IMG/VR virus record: IMGVR_UViG_3300025118_000006
Coordinates: 14,500-78,499 of that record
DNA from: a virus
Reading direction: 5' to 3' (one strand)
DNA: 64,000 nucleotides
The notes under the pieces were generated by a model that was not told where the DNA came from, searched no databases, and worked only from the letters and a program-made list of their open reading frames with translations. The translations under genes were made by a program, and so were the position numbers. Positions within the stretch are counted from its first letter, which is position 1. Each line of letters opens with the position of its first letter. This document shows positions 19,184-27,578 of this stretch, piece after piece.

Positions 19184-20123
19184 AAACACACTTGTTGAAC
19201 TGAAAGCCACTCCATAGTAATTTGAACTGAACAACTCGGAGCCCACAATGAAGACTTTTCAAAGCCTGAACGACATTTACAAGGCTGCAAAGAAGCCAAA
19301 GAAGGAAGAGAAGGAACCTGAAGAAGAGGTGTCCGAGGGGCAAATGTCCTTGTTTGACGGCCTAAAAAAGGCCGCAGACGAAGAAGAGGACGAGGACGAG
19401 AAGCGCGACAAGAAGCTGCAACAACGGCTCGACGAAGAGGCGGCTGGTGGCGAGGAAGAGTATAAGCGGATGAAAGAGGAAGAGGCTGAGAAGTCTTTCT
19501 CGGGCCTCGAAGGAATGGACATTGTCAAAAACATGGCCAAGGTCCAGGCCGAAATGAAGAGCGGGAAGTCCGCGAAAGAAGCTGTTCAGGCCGCATACCC
19601 GGATTACACCGAAGAGCAGGTAGAGATCTTTGTGAAGGACATGAAGAAAGGCTACGGCGTCTATCGTGCCAAGAAGGAAAAGAAGATGATTAAGTCAGAC
19701 AATGAGAACACACGGCTTGTGGTGAGCCTCACAAAAGGCGCATTGGAAGAGAGCGTTTCGATCATGCGAGGTGGTCCAAGTCGAGCAGACGTGGCTACAG
19801 CGTTGGCTTCATCGATTAAGAAGGGTTTCAACATCCCTGCGGAGTTCCCAGAGATGATGTTAGACGATCTCGACACATGCTCTAACGTAGCTCGCAAGAG
19901 CTTTGCTAATGCGTGCATGATGACCGCATCGGGATACCCAGAATTGCAGGTAGCTGGCGACATGGTCGGGTACCTTGAAGAGCTTACAGAAGGATAAATT
20001 ATGGCAGATTTTACGTCGCTAATTCATGGTGGGCTCAACGATCTCCGCAAGGGGAAGGGTCCGTTTATCGGACCCCGTGGCGGCAAGTGGGCCGATGCCA
20101 AGCATACAATTGCGTGGAAAGAG
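17822..20123 (+). repeat. three copies of the 22-aa motif GP[FY]IGPRGGKWADAKHTIAWKE (17822-17887, 18503-18568, 20058-20123) in two genes
   Basis: 21/22 aa identical with many synonymous nucleotide differences. Confidence 0.95.
19248..19997 (+). CDS. highly charged head-internal/scaffold-like protein
   Basis: E/K-rich; many x-K-[A/S/G] motifs; GGAG RBS. Confidence 0.6.
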   Translation: MKTFQSLNDIYKAAKKPKKEEKEPEEEVSEGQMSLFDGLKKAADEEEDEDEKRDKKLQQRLDEEAAGGEEEYKRMKEEEAEKSFSGLEGMDIVKNMAKVQAEMKSGKSAKEAVQAAYPDYTEEQVEIFVKDMKKGYGVYRAKKEKKMIKSDNENTRLVVSLTKGALEESVSIMRGGPSRADVATALASSIKKGFNIPAEFPEMMLDDLDTCSNVARKSFANACMMTASGYPELQVAGDMVGYLEELTEG

Positions 20124-23100
20124 GACGGTGGGAAGTCGGGTGGTAAAAAGTTCAAGCCGGACCCTGAGTATAAGTTAAGCTCGGAGGGGCATAACAAAAA
20201 AGACTACAACCGTGGCCTGAAGGAGGGGATGTCTAGCACGACAATCCCGCAAACGTCCGAAAAAGATAAGAAAGACACGAGCTATATGGCTGGCCTGAAA
20301 CAGGGCTTAATGGTGCAGATTAAGGCAAAAGACCACGCGAAAGCTCGCTATAAAATGCTGCGAGAAAGAGCAGACCGAGGTGAAAAGGGTGGGATTCCGA
20401 AGGGGTCTAGTGTCACCGAGAAAGTCTACATCGAGGCAAACACCGACGCCATCATGGAGAACATCCTGTCCGGCATGGAGCCGGACGGAAAGGGTGGCTA
20501 CAAGGGTGGCTATAGAAAAGCCTCCACCACCTTCTCGGACCTCGCGAAAGGAAAGCCCACAAAGTATCTCAAGCGTAAACGCGGCAAGGGTGGTCGCTAC
20601 GAGTACACCTACGCCGAAGACGGTAAACCTAAGAAGAAGAAGGGCCGCTTTGGGAACCTTCTAAGCACGTTGATGGGTGTCGTTAAGAAGCATCCATACG
20701 CGCTGATGGGTGAGTTTAAGTCGATGGTACGCGACTTCGATTTGGATGAGCTAATTGAGATGCGCTCCGAGATCAAAGACGCACTCGAAGCGAAACCTGA
20801 GAAGAAGGCTCCGGGCGAGAAGAAGGCTCCCAAGAAAGAAACCGCCGAAAAGAAAAAGCCAGCCCCAAAGAAAGGCCCGTCGGAGAAAGATATTCTTCGC
20901 CAGATGCTCAAGGCCATCGACAAGATGATCGCCAAGAAGCAGGAGGCGAACTCGAAGCTAAGTCTGAGGAGCTTGGTCGCGGGCTATCACAAGGGCGACA
21001 CTGAAGCGATTAAAGAGCTATACAAGAGAGCGCAGGAATTGCTTCCTGGCATTCGCATCTCAGACGCTCTTAACGTGGTCGCAACGGCGGCTGAAAACTA
21101 CGGGAAATTGCCGAAAGAATTTGTGGACGAGATGATTCGGGAGAACCGGGTCAAGGGCAAGAAGCCACCCGCAGCCGCTACAGAAGAGGCTCCGAAGCCC
21201 GCTGCCAAATACGAACGCTCAAAGTGGGCTGATTTTAAGAGCCAAATGGCCTCGTCTGACGGCGGCGCAAAATTAAACAGGCAATACGCGGAATTCGCGA
21301 AAAACGCACTGAAAGCCACGTCAAAGAAAGACCTAAAGCACGCCATCGAACAGGCGAAGGCAGCGAGTAGAAAGGATGACACGGTGGTCACTAGGACTGG
21401 TGTCGGGTATTCGACAGGAATCAAAGGCAAATTAAAGCGATTGCAAGCCCACTTGGAAAACAAGCTCAAGCTAGTGTCCAAGTATGGCGAGAGCGGGTTG
21501 GCCAAAGAAAGCGAAAAAAAGCAGAAAGAAAAGAAGCCAGTCACTCCGCAAGTTCCCGCGATGGAGGGCATGGCACCACTTGGAATAGCTCCGAAGCCCG
21601 CTGGCGAGGACATTGGCGTAGCCAAAGAGAGAGGCGACAACCGATACAAAAGCTCTGGCACCACCGACAAGGCCACGAATCACGATGAGATTATCGCCGC
21701 TGGCGGGGAATACCTCGGTCAAGGTGTGTACACGGATAAAGGTCCACCCAAGGCAAAGCGTGGGAAAAAGGGCAAGGTTGAGATCGTCCACCGTGGAGAA
21801 AAGAAACTGACCGATGGGACCATCTACGGCAAGGGTGACTGGGCCATCACTAAGCAACTTGAGTCGAAAAGGGTTACAGTGACAAACATAGCTACCGGGC
21901 ACTCCATCGGTGGCGAGATGTCCGGGCCACAGGCTTCGTACTTGATGGACCAAGTCATGGAATTGGAAGCGAGTGGAAAGCTGGACGGGTTCGACCCAGA
22001 CAATTTGTCCTCATCGTCATCAAAACCAGCGTTTGATGCTCTCAAGAAAGTCGCAGACGAAGTGCGCGAGGAAGGTAACTCTGGTATGCCTATCTGGAGC
22101 CGACGAAACAAGGCGAAACGAGAGGCTAACAGGCGGGCGAAGGTCGAGAAGCTCACCGAAGCAGCGTCCGTGAAAGGCGTCATCAGCCGCCCACTAGCCC
22201 TGGCTGATGTGAAAAGAAAAGAGCACAAGAGCGGAGAGGCCGCTCACAAGCGGGCAAGAAATTTTCAATCTACAGACGAATTCCGACTAAATCTTCAGCA
22301 GTCCATAGTAGACCGTTTCGAGGGCGAGCAGTACATGATTTCAACGGACGGCCACAGGATGGCGTTGATACCAGTATCGAATGACGTGAAACAAGGGGTG
22401 GGCTACGGCGAGGGTTCGCGAGATGCTCTGGGTGGAGGACGTGAATTTCCAAACTATAAGCAGGTCATACCGGATGACCGGAAGGCAAATGACACCCACG
22501 ACTTCGACGCCGAAACACTGCTGGCGCACGCGAAGCTGGGGGCATCGACGCCGGGTGTCATGGCGGGTTACGTTCATTTATACGCAGACGGTGGTGCCCA
22601 CAAAGCCCAAGCCAGTCATTCGGCTGTGATATCGCCTGAAGTTGACGAGAGGGAAAAGGGCATGGCGGGGATCGCTCTTGCGGAGTCCAAGCGCCCTTCC
22701 ACTGCGGGCGAGCCCACCGGAGGCGACAGCAAGAGCATCTCGGTGAACGCAAGGTATTTGGTAGACGCCCTTGAGGGCGCAAAAGGCTCAGTGTCCGTGT
22801 ATTACAAGGACAAAGGTAGCCAGATGATCATTGAAAGAGCCGATGGCGAGATACACGTCATCATGCCTGTGCGTGATGCTATGCCGAAGGACCACCCACA
22901 CAGGACGGAAGAGTGGGAGGTAAGCCCAGCCAGCAAGTCCTTCACCAACTTCTCCGATCTTTTCAAAGCGAAGCCCACCAAGTACAAGACTCGCAAGCGC
23001 GGAAAGGACGGAAGGTGGGTTTACACGTATGCTGAGAAGAAGGCACCGAAATCGCGGATGGGCGCGTTCTTGAACAAGATTGTCGGCTTTTTCTCTGAGC

Positions 23101-25319
23101 ACCACGACAAAGAGGATAACCTCATAGCGGCAGAAAAGAAGCTCATCTACGATCTGGAAACGCCACAGCTTGAGATGCTTAGGGATGCGATAAAGGCCGA
23201 ACTGGCCGCGATGGAAAAGAAGCCTGTTCCGGGGGCAAAGAAAAAGAAGCCCTCAAAGAAACGCTCGGGAGCACCCGTAACAGCAGAAAAGAAGGGGCCG
23301 TCACGCAAGCAAATTCTTCAGCAACTTCTTGCGAAGATCGATGGAGAGTTGGCTGCTCGCGCAATCGTGGGCTCCGCACCAACGGAGTCCGAAGACAACT
23401 TCGAGACGATGCCTGATGAGGAGTCCATCGGGCACCGTAGAGCCCGAGAAGTAATGGCCATGACCGTGAGCGATGCTTCACGGCTTGCGAGCGAAGAGCC
23501 AGGGACTCCGTTACGAGCCCCACACCACACAACATCGACACAAGGTTTACTCGGTGAACTTGACCAAGCGCAGGGGGGCATCCTATTTCTCGACCAGATC
23601 GAGGACTTCTCCCTTGAGTCGATCAAAAAGCTCGCAGTTGCGATGCGAGACAACCCCTATGTGATGATCGGGTACAGAACCACCGGCACCGGCACCGAAA
23701 CCGACAAGGTGAAGCTGAAGGCCCGCCTCGAAGCCCTGGGTGTTGATGTCAGCATGTGGGATGCCAATGAGGGCGTATCCGAAGACAACTTCGAGACGAT
23801 TCAAGAGCACTATAGCGCGAAGAAGCAGCTTCTCAGAGACGTGGACGTTGTTCGCGCCTCGAAACTTAATGAGCTTAACGTGCCGTCACACTCGGAAATT
23901 ATGGACCACGCGGTCAATCATTCCCATTATAGGCACGTTAAGCCAGCCTTTAAGAGTGCCAAGGAGAAAATTGACCGCCTAAATGAAGCTCTTGCGGCGC
24001 TAGGTGTAAGAGAGTGGCGGGGTTACAAAATAAAGCCGTTCGCCTCTAGCGACTTAGATGACTTAATCGCGATGAGGGATCAGATACGGCGCGATGAAGA
24101 AGCCCTAAGCGCGAGGGTGGGCTTGGTTTCGGTAGACCTTCCGTCGAATTCAATGATTGGCCGTGAGCATCCCGAGGTAGGGCCACAGATCAGGGAGGAA
24201 AGGGAGAAGTTAGAGGAGGTCAAATCGGCTATTGCAGCTTACAACAATGAGGGCACATCCGAAGACAACTTCGAGACGATGCCTGAAGCAACCACGCCCG
24301 TAAGCCAAGCGCATGAAGAGAATCGCCTGGACGCTGAGTTGCGAAGCAACAACACCAGCGAGCAGAAGGCCAACGAGAACATCTTCACGTATGCCGAAAA
24401 TGCCTTGGACCCGGACTCGCTTAAATTCGTCATCGAGTGGTCAGAAAGTGGTGCTGTAGAAGACGGCCAAGAGTTCGCATCAGTCAATGAGCTTAACGCC
24501 AAATTGCAGGAAATATCCGACCACCATAGGGAGCGGTACGGTCTTGGTGGTGGCTACTTTAAGACAAAGGTCTACGCTGAACTTGAGGGCAATCGGTTCT
24601 TTGGCAACCGTCTGGACGTTACATCGGGCGGCGAAGACGTAAATCTGGTAGATCACATGACTGCGATTTCTCATTATTACCAGTCCGACAGGGGTCGAGA
24701 ATATTGGTCGGCGGTTCAGGCTAACCAACGTGACAGGGGTGAAGAGACAGGCGAGCAGGCGCACGAGCGGGCGCAGTCGTATAAGAACATGGTTCAGCTA
24801 GTGCGGGACCATCAAAGAATTGCCAGTGGCTACGACATCGCAGGGGGCGACCCTCCTCAAGTAAAGTCTAAGAGAGAGTTAGACAAACTATCCGAAACAA
24901 GAAGAGCACAGGCCGATGCTTGGGAACAAGCAGAGCGAGAGGCCGAACAAAGAGCCGCCCAGGATGCTCACGCGGCTCGAACAGCAGGCTGGGAAGCCCC
25001 GCAGAGCAGGCGAGAGGTAACCAAGCGCGTTAAGCGAGCTATCGTTCAGGCGACTGGTTTGCCAGCGAAGGACGTTAGCGTTCGTGGTTCAACAGGGACC
25101 GCCTGGGGGTGGGTACGGATAAGCGGAAAAACGCAAGCAGCGCAAGCGGCTATTGATGCGTTTCAGGGAAGGACTTATTGGGGCAACATTTCTCCAGATG
25201 ACTGGGACAGGGCAACGCTAGAGTTTGAAATTGGTGCGGGCATTCACACTCCGGGCTCTATCTCGCGAGGCGGCTTCACTAACTTCTCAGACCTGCTCAA
25301 ATCAATAGGCCGTGCCTAA
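20001..25319 (+). CDS. large polyvalent/cargo polyprotein (beta-clamp-like, ComM/YifB-like fragment, LPD25-like domains)
   Basis: STDGHRMA...FPNYKQVIP...VNARYLVDAL...VIMPVR; PLRAPHHT...GILFLDQIEDF; VIEWSES...GYFKTK; repeated linkers and leaders. Confidence 0.75.
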   Translation: MADFTSLIHGGLNDLRKGKGPFIGPRGGKWADAKHTIAWKEDGGKSGGKKFKPDPEYKLSSEGHNKKDYNRGLKEGMSSTTIPQTSEKDKKDTSYMAGLKQGLMVQIKAKDHAKARYKMLRERADRGEKGGIPKGSSVTEKVYIEANTDAIMENILSGMEPDGKGGYKGGYRKASTTFSDLAKGKPTKYLKRKRGKGGRYEYTYAEDGKPKKKKGRFGNLLSTLMGVVKKHPYALMGEFKSMVRDFDLDELIEMRSEIKDALEAKPEKKAPGEKKAPKKETAEKKKPAPKKGPSEKDILRQMLKAIDKMIAKKQEANSKLSLRSLVAGYHKGDTEAIKELYKRAQELLPGIRISDALNVVATAAENYGKLPKEFVDEMIRENRVKGKKPPAAATEEAPKPAAKYERSKWADFKSQMASSDGGAKLNRQYAEFAKNALKATSKKDLKHAIEQAKAASRKDDTVVTRTGVGYSTGIKGKLKRLQAHLENKLKLVSKYGESGLAKESEKKQKEKKPVTPQVPAMEGMAPLGIAPKPAGEDIGVAKERGDNRYKSSGTTDKATNHDEIIAAGGEYLGQGVYTDKGPPKAKRGKKGKVEIVHRGEKKLTDGTIYGKGDWAITKQLESKRVTVTNIATGHSIGGEMSGPQASYLMDQVMELEASGKLDGFDPDNLSSSSSKPAFDALKKVADEVREEGNSGMPIWSRRNKAKREANRRAKVEKLTEAASVKGVISRPLALADVKRKEHKSGEAAHKRARNFQSTDEFRLNLQQSIVDRFEGEQYMISTDGHRMALIPVSNDVKQGVGYGEGSRDALGGGREFPNYKQVIPDDRKANDTHDFDAETLLAHAKLGASTPGVMAGYVHLYADGGAHKAQASHSAVISPEVDEREKGMAGIALAESKRPSTAGEPTGGDSKSISVNARYLVDALEGAKGSVSVYYKDKGSQMIIERADGEIHVIMPVRDAMPKDHPHRTEEWEVSPASKSFTNFSDLFKAKPTKYKTRKRGKDGRWVYTYAEKKAPKSRMGAFLNKIVGFFSEHHDKEDNLIAAEKKLIYDLETPQLEMLRDAIKAELAAMEKKPVPGAKKKKPSKKRSGAPVTAEKKGPSRKQILQQLLAKIDGELAARAIVGSAPTESEDNFETMPDEESIGHRRAREVMAMTVSDASRLASEEPGTPLRAPHHTTSTQGLLGELDQAQGGILFLDQIEDFSLESIKKLAVAMRDNPYVMIGYRTTGTGTETDKVKLKARLEALGVDVSMWDANEGVSEDNFETIQEHYSAKKQLLRDVDVVRASKLNELNVPSHSEIMDHAVNHSHYRHVKPAFKSAKEKIDRLNEALAALGVREWRGYKIKPFASSDLDDLIAMRDQIRRDEEALSARVGLVSVDLPSNSMIGREHPEVGPQIREEREKLEEVKSAIAAYNNEGTSEDNFETMPEATTPVSQAHEENRLDAELRSNNTSEQKANENIFTYAENALDPDSLKFVIEWSESGAVEDGQEFASVNELNAKLQEISDHHRERYGLGGGYFKTKVYAELEGNRFFGNRLDVTSGGEDVNLVDHMTAISHYYQSDRGREYWSAVQANQRDRGEETGEQAHERAQSYKNMVQLVRDHQRIASGYDIAGGDPPQVKSKRELDKLSETRRAQADAWEQAEREAEQRAAQDAHAARTAGWEAPQSRREVTKRVKRAIVQATGLPAKDVSVRGSTGTAWGWVRISGKTQAAQAAIDAFQGRTYWGNISPDDWDRATLEFEIGAGIHTPGSISRGGFTNFSDLLKSIGRA
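23388..24286 (+). repeat. three perfect 23-bp direct repeats TCCGAAGACAACTTCGAGACGAT (23388, 23778, 24258), in frame (SEDNFET)
   Basis: Identical at synonymous positions; spacing 390 and 480 bp. Confidence 0.95.
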
Positions 25320-25537
25320 TGCAGCCAGCCCAGCCCCCAAAGGATACAGCAATTGTGTGCGATTACTGCGGTTTTCGCTTGGGCGTCTGGGTTAAATCAC
25401 GCCTAAAGATACACGTTCGGAGTCGGCTTTTAGTGGTAAGAAAAAGTGGACAAGCTGAGTTGAGATGTCACAATTGTAAAAGCGACACTCTACTTCCTCT
25501 TTTTCTACCTCTGGAGCAGCCATGTTCATCTGGTTAA
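25319..25537 (+). CDS. small zinc-finger protein (Com-like CxxC...CxxC)
   Basis: CDYCG...ELRCHNCK. Confidence 0.55.
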   Translation: MQPAQPPKDTAIVCDYCGFRLGVWVKSRLKIHVRSRLLVVRKSGQAELRCHNCKSDTLLPLFLPLEQPCSSG

Positions 25538-25977
25538 ACGTACTTCTGACTATGATGTTCCTTCCGGTTGCGCTGTTGTTTGGTAAAATTAAGCGAGTCG
25601 GGCTCTGTAAGGACGCAGTAAACGATCAGGTAAACGAAGCGTTTCCCGTGTCGAAGTGGACCCCGTATTTAGATCTTGAACCACGAGGCTGGTTTAGGTG
25701 TTGGATGGAGAGGAATGGGATCGGTGGTATGGCGTGCCTCGGGTACGTGTTTATCCAACAAAGACACGAGTTAATTGTGTTCCATGAGTGCGTGCATGTG
25801 ATGCAGCAGAGCGCGGTGAGCCCTGCACTGATAGGTCTTACCTACCTTCTGGACATAATCGTGTTCCTTCCGTGGCGTGGATGGTTCAAGGAGGGAGAGG
25901 CTAAGAGGGTGTCCACGGTAGAGGTCGTAGCGTACCGGGTGACAGGGCAAGACGAGTGGTCTTCGGGACAAGATTAA
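25522..25977 (+). CDS. membrane-associated HExxH metallopeptidase-like protein
   Basis: LGYVF...LIVFHECVHVMQQ...Y...EVVAY. Confidence 0.6.
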   Translation: MFIWLNVLLTMMFLPVALLFGKIKRVGLCKDAVNDQVNEAFPVSKWTPYLDLEPRGWFRCWMERNGIGGMACLGYVFIQQRHELIVFHECVHVMQQSAVSPALIGLTYLLDIIVFLPWRGWFKEGEAKRVSTVEVVAYRVTGQDEWSSGQD

Positions 25978-25981
25978 ATAC

Positions 25982-26010
25982 TTGACACCGATCTTGGCCC
26001 GGACAAGAAT
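25982..26010 (+). promoter_or_regulatory. possible sigma70-like promoter upstream of the head operon
   Basis: TTGACA-N17-AAGAAT. Confidence 0.4.
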
Positions 26011-26083
26011 GTGCAGAGAGGCCCGTAGTTTAGGGGCGCGAGAATCCGTGTGGTTTTTGTGCCTTTTTTTGTTTTGGTGATTT

Positions 26084-26842
26084 ATGTACGAGAATAATAT
26101 CGACGTATTCAGCGCATGGACCCCGTTCGACGTTGTCGAAAAGGGTGAGTCCGAAAGCAGTCCTAGTGGTCGTATCTCCGGTGTTGTTTCAACTGAGACG
26201 GTAGACCAACAGGGCGAGCAGGTTGTACAGAAGGGCCTCGACTGGGACTATTTCCTGAGCAAGGGTTGGTTCAACTGGGAGCACGCGGCTGGGCCTGAAA
26301 ATGTTCTAGGGTACCCAGACAAGGTTGAACCCGTAGAAATCAACGGAACCCACGCAACTCGCGTAGAGGGCCGTCTCTTGATGAACAAGGCTAAGGCCAA
26401 AGAAATTTACAATACGGCGGTAAGTCTACAGAAGTCGGAATCAAACCGACGGCTTGGATTTTCCATCGAGGGTCAGGTGTTAGAGCGCGAAGGGAAGACG
26501 ATCAAAAAAGCTCGTATTCTCAATGTTGCGATAACTGCTCACCCGATTCATCCAGACGCACGTTTGGAGATCCTAGCGCAATCACTCCTCGCCCGCGCCG
26601 CCTCTGTCGGCTATCAAACCCCAGCCGGTGAGGGCGGCTCTATAGCACCTTTGGTCGCACAATCTCTGGAAGGCTCAGTTTCAACTGCCACCTTCGGGGC
26701 TCGTGGTCTTGAAGCGTATTTGAAGAGCTTGAAAGAGGAAGACCTGATTGCGCTGCGTATTCTAAAGAGCTTTCCAACGCTCAATTTTGGAGACGCACAT
26801 TCCATAGTAACAGACTTTTTACGAAAAAAGGGAGTCCTCTAA
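26084..26842 (+). CDS. prohead protease
   Basis: ISGVVSTETVDQQGEQVVQKGLDWDYF..GWFNWEH, LGFSIEG, NVAITAHP motifs (Twort/SPO1-type). Confidence 0.9.
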   Translation: MYENNIDVFSAWTPFDVVEKGESESSPSGRISGVVSTETVDQQGEQVVQKGLDWDYFLSKGWFNWEHAAGPENVLGYPDKVEPVEINGTHATRVEGRLLMNKAKAKEIYNTAVSLQKSESNRRLGFSIEGQVLEREGKTIKKARILNVAITAHPIHPDARLEILAQSLLARAASVGYQTPAGEGGSIAPLVAQSLEGSVSTATFGARGLEAYLKSLKEEDLIALRILKSFPTLNFGDAHSIVTDFLRKKGVL

Positions 26843-27564
26843 TGAAGAAGGCAACGCAACTCCGAGAGGAGTTAAACGGCGTGCTTGCGGACGGGGAAGT
26901 AGATCGCGTAGTAAAATCCGCGATTGACGCTGGAACAGTCGAGAATGACATCGACTACAAGCCAGCGGTAGATCCAGAAGCACTCGACGTAGCACTCGAA
27001 GCCGTTAAGAAAGCGATGAATATCGCTAAAGAAGAAGTATCAACTGAGCAAGCACTAGCTCAAGCCGAAGAGATTGAGGAAGAAGTTTCCAAGTCTCTTA
27101 GCTTTGACGAAGTCGCTCTCGCAGAAGAAGAGGACTACGTTGATGTAACGGACGTTCTCGACACAATCACAAAGGGCGCAGACAGCCTTCTGAGTGAGAT
27201 TCGCCACGAGCACACAGTGTTGGCAAGCGCAATCACTGAGATGACTGCTGTATACCGCGACATCGCTAAGGGCATCAACGCGCTTAGTGGTCGAGTCGGT
27301 GACCTAGAGAACGAAACCAAAGAGGTCCAAAAGGGTCTTGCCATTACTCCTGAACGTAAATCCGTTACAGGCACGTTAGAGGCAGTTCCCCACCCAGGTG
27401 ACGCTCCAGTGCAGCTTGACCGCGCCGGACTCATCCAGAAGGGCCTGACACTTCTTGAAACTTCGACTGAGCCAATGAAGCAAGCAGAACTCTCGAAAGC
27501 CATTTCGCTTTTGGAGTCTGGTGCTGACATTAACGAAGTCGTAAGCAATTACCATCTTAACTAA
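26842..27564 (+). CDS. capsid scaffolding protein
   Basis: Acidic coiled coil between protease and MCP; multiple K|S/A/G sites. Confidence 0.7.
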   Translation: MKKATQLREELNGVLADGEVDRVVKSAIDAGTVENDIDYKPAVDPEALDVALEAVKKAMNIAKEEVSTEQALAQAEEIEEEVSKSLSFDEVALAEEEDYVDVTDVLDTITKGADSLLSEIRHEHTVLASAITEMTAVYRDIAKGINALSGRVGDLENETKEVQKGLAITPERKSVTGTLEAVPHPGDAPVQLDRAGLIQKGLTLLETSTEPMKQAELSKAISLLESGADINEVVSNYHLN

Positions 27565-27578
27565 GGAGGGCTTTCATT

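Noticed and set aside
23388-24286. 23-bp repeats as a CRISPR array
   Set aside because: Spacers of 367 and 457 bp are far too long, lie in frame within a CDS, and no cas genes are present.
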